Part shown: positions 26,452-33,229 of the stretch, piece by piece
Numbering within the stretch: position 1 is the stretch's first letter
Layout: each line of letters starts with the position of its first letter
DNA from: a virus
Lineage: Duplodnaviria; Caudoviricetes
DNA length: 35,155 nt
Reading direction: 5' to 3' (one strand)
IMG/VR virus record: IMGVR_UViG_3300016484_000074
Coordinates: 1-35,155 of that record
The notes under the pieces: generated by a model
Databases searched by the model: none
What the model was told of the DNA's origin: nothing
What the model saw: only the letters and a program-made list of their open reading frames with translations
Made by a program: the position numbers and the translations under genes

Positions 26452-26636
26452 TGGCTGATATAACTATGTGCAGAGATGAGTCCTGTAAGAAGCGTGAAAG
26501 ATGTTATCGGTTTACAGCAAGAGCAACACCTGAGTACCAATCTTACTTTGTAGATAGTCCCAGACAAAGTAAAGAGTGTAAATACTTTTCCGATAATGAA
26601 GATAAGACAAAAAGACTTAGAAAGAATTGTGAATAG
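26451..26636 (+). CDS. Cassette 6: 61-aa Cys-rich protein
   Basis: MADITMC....C.....CYRFTA.....QSYF.......C, followed by degenerate repeat 7. Confidence 0.75.
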   Translation: MADITMCRDESCKKRERCYRFTARATPEYQSYFVDSPRQSKECKYFSDNEDKTKRLRKNCE

Positions 26637-26651
26637 AAAGGCTAGTGAGAA

Positions 26652-27035
26652 ATGACCTTTGCTAAGTTTTATGCCTTATATCCTCGAAAACAGGGCAAAC
26701 GTGCCGCAGAAAAGTCATGGCAAAGACTTACCATGCAAGAGCAACAAGATGCCTTTGATGCTTTGCCTAATCATTTGGAATATTGGAAGCTAAAGCAAAC
26801 AGAAAAAGACTATATTCCGCACCCTGCCACTTGGTTAAACCAAGGTCGATGGGAGGACGAGCTTGATATGGAAGTCAAAAAGCTCAAAAAGCCCGAGTTG
26901 CCTTGGTATTCTACGGAAGAGTTAACGATCAAAAAAGCACAAGAGGTAGGGGTTCAGGCTTATGCAGGAGAGGGATGGCAACAATGGCGAGCAAGGATCA
27001 GCCAAAAGATCAAGCAACTGGAAGAACAAGCTTGA
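26652..27035 (+). CDS. Stand-alone domain resembling the C-terminus of phage replication initiators / replisome organisers
   Basis: FAKFYALYPRKQGKRAAEKSW...YIPHPATWLNQGRWEDE. Confidence 0.65.
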   Translation: MTFAKFYALYPRKQGKRAAEKSWQRLTMQEQQDAFDALPNHLEYWKLKQTEKDYIPHPATWLNQGRWEDELDMEVKKLKKPELPWYSTEELTIKKAQEVGVQAYAGEGWQQWRARISQKIKQLEEQA

Positions 27036-27165
27036 TTACCTTGCTTGGTGGTATATCGGGGTTTCAAAGCGCAGAGGCTGGAACGAAGTGCTGCGTCTTA
27101 TTAACCAATACCCTGATGATGCCGAAGAAGTTAAAAAGTTAATAAAAAAGAAACTAGGAAAATGA
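26962..27165 (+). CDS. Hypothetical protein, start uncertain
   Basis: Fills the gap, and its TGA overlaps the methyltransferase ATG. Confidence 0.45.
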   Translation: MQERDGNNGEQGSAKRSSNWKNKLDYLAWWYIGVSKRRGWNEVLRLINQYPDDAEEVKKLIKKKLGK

Positions 27166-27950
27166 ATGAGTTGGCTTTATTCGCAGGTGCTGGTGGAGGA
27201 ATACTTGGGGGACATTTGCTTGGATGGCAAACAGTCTGTGCCGTTGAATGGGAACCTTACCCAGCAAGCGTATTGTGCGCAAGACAAAATGACGGACTTT
27301 TGCCGCCTTTCCCGATTTGGGATGACGTTCAAACCTTTGATGGACGACCTTGGAAAGGAATTGTTGACGTTGTATCTGGAGGATTTCCATGCCAAGACAT
27401 TAGTGCTGCAGGAAAAGGTGCAGGAATCGACGGAGAACGATCAGGAATGTGGAAAGAAATGGCACGGATCATTTACGAAGTTAGACCCAAATACGCATTT
27501 GTGGAAAACTCACCAATACTCTCTCGTAGAGGACTTGGAGTCGTCCTTAGAGATTTGGCCACGATGGGGTTCGATGCGGAATGGGGAGTGTTGGGAGCGT
27601 CAGACATTGGAGCTAAACATCACCGACAGAGAATTTGGATTGTTGCCCGACAACGAGAAGTTTTTTCATACACCAACAACGGGAGCGGATGGTGGCAGCA
27701 ACAGCAGGAAAGCGTTAAAGAAGCGCAAAGAAGCGATTTGGCCAACTCCAACAACTCCAACTGGGGGGGGGGAAATGCTGGAGGTTCAGGAGCGGCAAAA
27801 AATGCAGTCAAAAATGGGACTTACGTACCATCTTCAATCAACCCGAGCCTATACGAATGGTTGATGGGTTGGCCGCTAGAGTGGACAGACTTAAAGCCGT
27901 TGGAAACGGACAAGTTCCGCAAGTGGCAGCAATTGCATGGGAATTATTAA
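27166..27950 (+). pseudogene. C5 methyltransferase beta subunit in an overlapping frame (TRD plus motif IX), frameshifted at the same G tract
   Basis: A 232-codon open +1 frame with its own AGGA RBS and FHTPT/WPTPT TRD-like motifs. The motif IX-like INPSLYEWLMGWPLEWT follows the tract in the alpha frame. Confidence 0.7.
27763..27772 (+). repeat. G10 homopolymer, a candidate slipped-strand switch
   Basis: The longest homopolymer I noticed in the window. Confidence 0.9.
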
Positions 27951-27962
27951 CGGAGAGATTAA

Positions 27963-28298
27963 ATGACAGAAAAAGAATATGATCCTCACGAGGCAATCAA
28001 CTATATATTTACTCACAGCAAAGCATTTGCTCAAGCAAAGGGATCGCTGGCACAGCTTGAGGCTTTTAAAAGTTCGCTTAAAGCAATTATGATGAAAAAG
28101 TCCAACGAAACCAGCCTTGGTGGTCAAGAGCGTGAAGCCTATGCCAGCCAAGAGTATCAAGACCTTTGTAATGCCATCGGAGTCGCAACAGAGCAAGCTG
28201 AAGAACTAAAGTGGAAGCTGGAATCAGCTAAGATGCGTTTTCAGGCTTGGCAAACAGAGTCCGCAAACAACCGTCAAATTGAAAGATTAACTGTATGA
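27963..28298 (+). CDS. Helical protein, possibly a UvsY-like recombination mediator
   Basis: 111-aa coiled coil with QEREAYASQEY...WQTESANNR. Confidence 0.5.
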   Translation: MTEKEYDPHEAINYIFTHSKAFAQAKGSLAQLEAFKSSLKAIMMKKSNETSLGGQEREAYASQEYQDLCNAIGVATEQAEELKWKLESAKMRFQAWQTESANNRQIERLTV

Positions 28299-28462
28299 TG
28301 ACCTTAAACGAAGAATATTTAATTTTAAAAACATTGATGCGTATGTTTGACGAAGCTTTAAAGAAAGGCGATCCAGTACTAATGCTTGAAATTAGCGTGG
28401 ATATTGCCGAAAGTGCCGAGAAACTTGAACAGAAAGCTTGCGACTACGCCAATGGCCACTAA
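28295..28462 (+). CDS. 55-aa hypothetical protein
   Basis: ATGA-coupled, MMTLNEEYLILK...DYANGH, filling the gap. Confidence 0.6.
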   Translation: MMTLNEEYLILKTLMRMFDEALKKGDPVLMLEISVDIAESAEKLEQKACDYANGH

Positions 28463-28733
28463 AGCGCAAAAAGATGAGTACAGAAGAATTGCTGAACTGG
28501 GATGCTCACTATGTCGGCATCAAGGCAATGAGGGAACACCAGCAGAGTTGCATCACATTAGACGAACTTCTAAGCGAAGTCTTGCCCCTGTTATCCCGTT
28601 ATGCCCCTACCATCACCGAGGATCAAATACCAGTATTCACGGCATGGGACGGAAAAGATTTGAAAGGGAGTATGGCATCACTGAAGAGACCCTTCTTGCA
28701 CAAACGCTATCATTACTAAATGCTGGTTCTTAA
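28452..28733 (+). CDS. Ref-like (RecA-dependent) HNH-type nuclease
   Basis: ELGCSLC...PAELHHIR...VIPLCPYHHRG...IH...FEREYG. Confidence 0.75.
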   Translation: MATKAQKDEYRRIAELGCSLCRHQGNEGTPAELHHIRRTSKRSLAPVIPLCPYHHRGSNTSIHGMGRKRFEREYGITEETLLAQTLSLLNAGS

Positions 28734-29094
28734 TCTTCCTTTGCCGCCGTCCGTTAACTCTTATCGCACCATTTTTCGGGGCAGGATGGGTATAAGCAAA
28801 GCTGGGCGCATTTTTAAAGAACAAGTCAGCGATTACGTTGCGGAATACAACGTTCCAAAATTAGGCGACGCAAGGCTTGAAATGAAGGTCACGTTATATC
28901 CACGGGATCGGCGCAAGCAAGACATCGACAATCGTATAAAAGCCCTGTGGGACGCTTTAAGCGATGCAGGCGTCTTTGACGACGATAGTCAAATTGATGT
29001 TCTTTTTATACAAAGAGGAGAGATCAAAAAAGGCGGCGGTTGCCTTGTCATGATCGACATATTAGATGCTGAACACACACTATCATCGGTTTGA
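28720..29094 (+). CDS. rusA: RusA-family Holliday junction resolvase
   Basis: LPLPPSVNSY...DRRKQDIDNRIKALWDAL..AGVFDDDSQID. Confidence 0.9.
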   Translation: MLVLNLPLPPSVNSYRTIFRGRMGISKAGRIFKEQVSDYVAEYNVPKLGDARLEMKVTLYPRDRRKQDIDNRIKALWDALSDAGVFDDDSQIDVLFIQRGEIKKGGGCLVMIDILDAEHTLSSV

Positions 29095-29602
29095 AAAGGC
29101 TTTATCGAAGGAATTTTGCGAATACGTCCTTAAATCCATAGATTGGTCGCAAGCCAAAACCGCCGAAATCAACCGTGGCGAAGATCACATTATCAAAGAG
29201 GAAACACGCACCAGTCGTATTGTTTGGCAGGATTTATTGACCCCGATTGGGTGCGTTCTTAAAAACTATTTGCTGCAAGGCAATTCAATATGGAATTATG
29301 ACTTGTCTTATCTTGAGCAGGCTCAAATTGCTGAGTATGGAATCGGCGGTCATTATGACTGGCACATCGACTCAAAAGCACCTGTAAATAATATTCAACG
29401 CAAGCTTTCAATCAGCATTTTATTAAACGATGACTTTAAAGGCGGAGAGCTTGAATTTGATTTCCAACGGGGAGATAATGTATTAAAATCACAGGGAGAT
29501 ATAGTGGTTTTTCCATCATTTTTGCACCACAGAGTTAATCCTGTGACCGATGGCGTCAGATATTCAGCAGTAACTTGGGGCTATGGCCCTGCTTTTAGGT
29601 GA
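29066..29602 (+). CDS. 2OG-Fe(II) oxygenase (PKHD / prolyl-hydroxylase-like)
   Basis: HYDWHID, RKLSISILLND.F.GGEL, VFPSFLHHRVNPVTDGVRYS. Confidence 0.9.
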   Translation: MLNTHYHRFEKALSKEFCEYVLKSIDWSQAKTAEINRGEDHIIKEETRTSRIVWQDLLTPIGCVLKNYLLQGNSIWNYDLSYLEQAQIAEYGIGGHYDWHIDSKAPVNNIQRKLSISILLNDDFKGGELEFDFQRGDNVLKSQGDIVVFPSFLHHRVNPVTDGVRYSAVTWGYGPAFR

Positions 29603-29609
29603 GGATTTT

Positions 29610-29966
29610 ATGGAAAGTTGTGCTTTATTTGCCGCCACCCTGTTGCACAGCGCAACAAATACTCATTTCTTTCATTGGTCAACTGATTCCTACGCAAAAC
29701 ACGTAGCTTTGGCTGAATACTATGACGGTATTGTGGAGCTTGTAGATTCATTGGTTGAAAGCGTGATGGGCAAATACGGCAAAATCACCAGCTTTCCTAC
29801 TGCTTATCACCAGCCAAAAGACCCAGTCAAATATCTGCAAAGCTTACAAAAGTTCGTCCAAGACGCTAGAAACGATCTTCCACAAGACACCGAACTGCAA
29901 AACATCGTGGACGAAATCGCCGATCTGATCAACACAACGACCTATAAATTGGTCAATCTAAAGTAA
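29610..29966 (+). CDS. Ferritin/Dps-like four-helix protein
   Basis: THFFHW...YAKHVALAEYYD...D.LVE...LQNIVDEI...YKL, with a GAGG RBS before the ATG at 29610. Confidence 0.7.
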   Translation: MESCALFAATLLHSATNTHFFHWSTDSYAKHVALAEYYDGIVELVDSLVESVMGKYGKITSFPTAYHQPKDPVKYLQSLQKFVQDARNDLPQDTELQNIVDEIADLINTTTYKLVNLK

Positions 29967-29975
29967 GGAATCATC

Positions 29976-30161
29976 ATGCCTTTATGGAAATCAAGCAAAA
30001 AAGAAGCAGTGGGCGAGAACATCAAGCGTGAAGAAGCCGCTGGAAAGCCTAAAAAACAGGCAGTTGCCATCGCTTTAAGCACACAACGTGAAGCCGCCAA
30101 AGGCAAGCGCAGAAAGCAATTAGAGGATGCCTACGCTAAATACATCGAAAAAGAAGCCTGA
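29976..30161 (+). CDS. Small basic hypothetical protein
   Basis: MPL.KSS.K.AV..NI..E..AGKP.KQAVAIAL with an AAGGA RBS. Confidence 0.75.
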   Translation: MPLWKSSKKEAVGENIKREEAAGKPKKQAVAIALSTQREAAKGKRRKQLEDAYAKYIEKEA

Positions 30162-30163
30162 TC

Positions 30164-30310
30164 ATGTTTAAGAAGGAAAAGATCAAGCCTGAAAACAGCT
30201 TGTTGCAACCTCACAAGGAAACAACACTGGAAAAACAACAACGTTTGCGTATTGAGCGCAGAGAAAAGATCAACGCTTTATTTAATAAGATTGTTAAAGA
30301 CAGATTTTAA
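30164..30310 (+). CDS. 48-aa basic hypothetical protein
   Basis: MFKKEKIKPENSLLQ...KIVKDRF, filling the gap. Confidence 0.55.
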   Translation: MFKKEKIKPENSLLQPHKETTLEKQQRLRIERREKINALFNKIVKDRF

Positions 30311-30350
30311 AGCTATACTTAAGCATCATTAACTAACTACTTGGTTAAAT

Positions 30351-31565
30351 ATGCAAATCAAAGAAGTTGCTGTAGAAAAGCTAATTCCTTACGCTAAAAA
30401 CAGTCGCACTCATTCTGACGAGCAAGTCGCACAAATTGCCGCCAGCATTAAAGAGTTCGGATTTCGCAACCCAATCCTTGTGGACGGCGTTGGAATCATC
30501 GCTGGTCATGGTCGCCTGATGGCTGCCCGAAAGCTTGGATTAGACAAAGTCCCGACAATCGACTGCTCGGATATGACTGAAAGCCAAAAAAAGGCTTATA
30601 TCATCGCAGACAACAAATTAGCCCTAAACGCTGGCTGGGACACCAACCTTTTATCAATAGAGCTTGAGGAATTGCAAGACGAGGGATTTAACCTTGATTT
30701 GCTAGGATTTGACGAAAAAGAGCTAAATGCCCTGCTTGAGCCTGAAATTGTCGAAGGTTTGACCGATGAGGACGAAGTCCCTGAAGTTCCTGAAGAACCC
30801 AAGACAAAGTTAGGTGACATTTACATTCTTGGCGATCACAGGCTGATGTGTGGGGATTCCACCAGCCTTGATGCCGTAGAAAAGATGATGGACGGAGACA
30901 AAGCATCGCTGGTCGTTACAGACCCTCCTTGGAACGTGGCTTACGGCACAAACCTTGCCAATAACGCCCAAGGATATAAACAGCGCACCATCATGAACGA
31001 CAACTTTGAAACCACCAAAGAGTGGGAGGACTTCTTGTCGGGATTTATGGGCAACATTGTGGCATTTACGATGAAAGGATGCCCCATTTATTGCGTCATG
31101 GGAGCCTCAGAATGGCCCGCTATTGATAAAGCTTTAAGGGATGGGGGCTTTCATTGGTCTAGCACCATTATTTGGGCTAAAGACACCCTTGTTTTATCCC
31201 GAAAGGATTACCACACCCAATATGAGCCGATATGGTATGGCTGGAAAGACGATGGCCCACGGATTTGGACGGTAGCCGATCGAAAGCAGTCCGATTTATG
31301 GGAATGCAAACGCCCTAAACGATCAGACCTGCACCCAACCACAAAACCAGTAGAGTTAATCGAACGTGCTGTGCTGAACTCCTCAAATGCTGGCACTATT
31401 GTGTTTGAGCCTTTTGGGGGATCAGGGTCAACCCTAATAGCCTGTGAAAAGACTGGTCGTAAAGCCCGTTTGATGGAATTAGACCCTAAATATTGCGACG
31501 TAATTGTCAAGCGTTGGGAAGATTTCACTGGTAAAAAGGCTGTTCTTTCGGAGTTAGAAAAGTAA
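30351..31565 (+). CDS. ParB-like N-terminal domain fused to an N6-adenine/N4-cytosine DNA methyltransferase (beta class)
   Basis: LIPYAKNSRTH...IIAGHGRL...ADNKLA, TDPPWNV (IV), HPTTKP and FGGSGSTL (I). Confidence 0.9.
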   Translation: MQIKEVAVEKLIPYAKNSRTHSDEQVAQIAASIKEFGFRNPILVDGVGIIAGHGRLMAARKLGLDKVPTIDCSDMTESQKKAYIIADNKLALNAGWDTNLLSIELEELQDEGFNLDLLGFDEKELNALLEPEIVEGLTDEDEVPEVPEEPKTKLGDIYILGDHRLMCGDSTSLDAVEKMMDGDKASLVVTDPPWNVAYGTNLANNAQGYKQRTIMNDNFETTKEWEDFLSGFMGNIVAFTMKGCPIYCVMGASEWPAIDKALRDGGFHWSSTIIWAKDTLVLSRKDYHTQYEPIWYGWKDDGPRIWTVADRKQSDLWECKRPKRSDLHPTTKPVELIERAVLNSSNAGTIVFEPFGGSGSTLIACEKTGRKARLMELDPKYCDVIVKRWEDFTGKKAVLSELEK

Positions 31566-31903
31566 TGGCACAAGGCGTAGAACATATACCCACCGAGGAA
31601 AGCCGCAAACTGGTTAAAGGTTTAGCGGCTGTAGGCATTCGTTATGTGGATATTGCCCTTAAACTCGATATAACGGACGATACGTTAAGAAAGCATTACA
31701 AGGCAGAACTGGAGCTTGGTCGCATAGATGCCAACGCCCAGCTTGGGAATACCTTATTCCAGCAGGCAAAGAAAGGCAACACCACCGCTTTGATCTTTTG
31801 GTTAAAAACAAGGGCTGGATGGAAAGAAACACAGGTCAATGAGCTAACAGGAGCGGATGGAGGAGATCTGCGATTAGCGTGGGCTGATGAGCAGGATAAT
31901 TAA
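31565..31903 (+). CDS. terS: Terminase small subunit
   Basis: N-terminal HTH, TLRKHY, ALIFWLKTRAGWKE, and a position immediately before terL. Confidence 0.8.
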   Translation: MAQGVEHIPTEESRKLVKGLAAVGIRYVDIALKLDITDDTLRKHYKAELELGRIDANAQLGNTLFQQAKKGNTTALIFWLKTRAGWKETQVNELTGADGGDLRLAWADEQDN

Positions 31904-33227
31904 GCTTAACTATCGCCCACGTTCTGTTTTTGAGGATTTCCACAAAAGAAAGCAACGCTGGGCAATCATAGTGGCGCACAGGCGTGCAGGAAAGACGTGT
32001 GCTTGCATCAATGATCTTGTGGTGCGTGCATCCCTTGAAGGCAAAAAAGACGCCCGTTATGCCTATATAGCCCCTTATCACAGCCAAGCCAAGACCATCG
32101 CTTGGGACTACCTTTTAAGATACTCTGCCCCACTCCTTAAAAAGAGCAATCAGTCCGAATTATGGGTTGAACTGATTAATGGGGCAAAAATCAGGCTTTT
32201 TGGGGCTGACAATCCTGACAATCTCCGAGGTCTCTATTTGGACGGCGTAATCCTTGATGAATACGCTGACATGAAGCCATCCGTTTGGGGAGCCGTCTTG
32301 AGACCCATATTGGCAGACAGAATGGGATGGGCCGTCTTTATTGGGACGCCAAAGGGACACAACGCTTTCTACGATATATACAACGAAGCCCAATCAAACC
32401 CCAATTGGTATGTCAAAACCCTGCGAGCCAATCAAACAGGCTTATTGCCTGATGCCGAGCTTGATGATGCCCGTCAATCAATGACGCCCGATCAATACGA
32501 ACAGGAGTTCCTTTGCTCATTTGAGGCAGCAATCCTTGGAGCCTACTTTGGTCAAGAGATGCGATACCTTACCGATATGGAGCGTATCACCACCGTCGAT
32601 TACGACCCTATGTTTCCCTGCCATACTGCTTGGGACTTGGGCTTTAATGACTCCACGTCAATATGGTGGTTTCAGGTCGTTTATGGCGAGATCAGGGTGC
32701 TGGATTATCACCAGTCGGATGGTAAATCCGTGCCGTTTTATACAGGCTTGATCCAAGAGAAAGAGGAAGAGTTTGGTTATAAATATGGGTATCACTACCT
32801 GCCTCACGATGCTCGAGCAAAAACACTGGCAAGTGGCGGCAAGAGCATAATCGAACAAATTTCGACAAAAATCGACATAAAACATCTAAAAATCGTTCCA
32901 AACCTGTCACTTCAAGACGGAATTCAATCTGCGAGGCTTGCATTAACTCGAGCTTGGTTTGATAATAGATGCAAAGAAGGCATCGAATGTTTGCGTCAAT
33001 ACCAAAGGGAATACGATGAAGATAAAAAAGTATTCAGAGATAAGCCAAGGCACGACTGGACGTCGCACGGTGCAGACGCCTTCCGTTACTTGTCTATCGT
33101 ATGGAAAGACGAAGACACGCCAATCCTTAAAGACACACGGATCAAAGGCATAGGCGTTGGGGAAACCGACGTCACGCTAAACGATATGTGGAACTCTACG
33201 CCAAAACCCACCTACCGCAGGATATAA
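31887..33227 (+). CDS. terL: Terminase large subunit
   Basis: Walker A RRAGKT, Walker B VILDE, GTPKG, and nuclease motifs WDLG...HDWTSHGADAFRY. Confidence 0.95.
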   Translation: MSRIIKLNYRPRSVFEDFHKRKQRWAIIVAHRRAGKTCACINDLVVRASLEGKKDARYAYIAPYHSQAKTIAWDYLLRYSAPLLKKSNQSELWVELINGAKIRLFGADNPDNLRGLYLDGVILDEYADMKPSVWGAVLRPILADRMGWAVFIGTPKGHNAFYDIYNEAQSNPNWYVKTLRANQTGLLPDAELDDARQSMTPDQYEQEFLCSFEAAILGAYFGQEMRYLTDMERITTVDYDPMFPCHTAWDLGFNDSTSIWWFQVVYGEIRVLDYHQSDGKSVPFYTGLIQEKEEEFGYKYGYHYLPHDARAKTLASGGKSIIEQISTKIDIKHLKIVPNLSLQDGIQSARLALTRAWFDNRCKEGIECLRQYQREYDEDKKVFRDKPRHDWTSHGADAFRYLSIVWKDEDTPILKDTRIKGIGVGETDVTLNDMWNSTPKPTYRRI

Positions 33228-33229
33228 AC

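Larger units (their letters stand above)
25599..26655 (+). repeat. Array of 7 direct repeats, consensus TAAGAAAGGCACAAGAGAAATGA, separating small ORFs
   Basis: Exact copies at 25599, 25741, 25952 and 26119, a one-mismatch copy at 26298, and degenerate GAAAGGC-N4-GAGAAAT(G/A)A copies at about 26429 and 26633. Confidence 0.95.
27162..27982 (+). pseudogene. C5-cytosine DNA methyltransferase alpha subunit (motifs I-VIII plus X), frameshifted at the G10 tract
   Basis: LFAGAGG (I), GGFPCQDIS (IV), FVENSP (VI) and HRQRIWIV (VIII) are in frame. Motif X, RVDRLKAVGNGQVPQVA, lies in a different frame at 27773..27982. Confidence 0.8.

Noticed and set aside
25599-26655. CRISPR array interpretation of the 23-bp repeats
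   Set aside because: Intervals are about 110-190 nt, variable and each a complete ORF. The repeat is non-palindromic and there is no cas operon. The exonuclease is a generic PD-(D/E)XK enzyme.
27162-27950. Treating the 262-aa ORF as an intact single-chain Dcm
   Set aside because: It lacks motif X and a TRD in frame. Both are present in the other two frames around the G10 tract.
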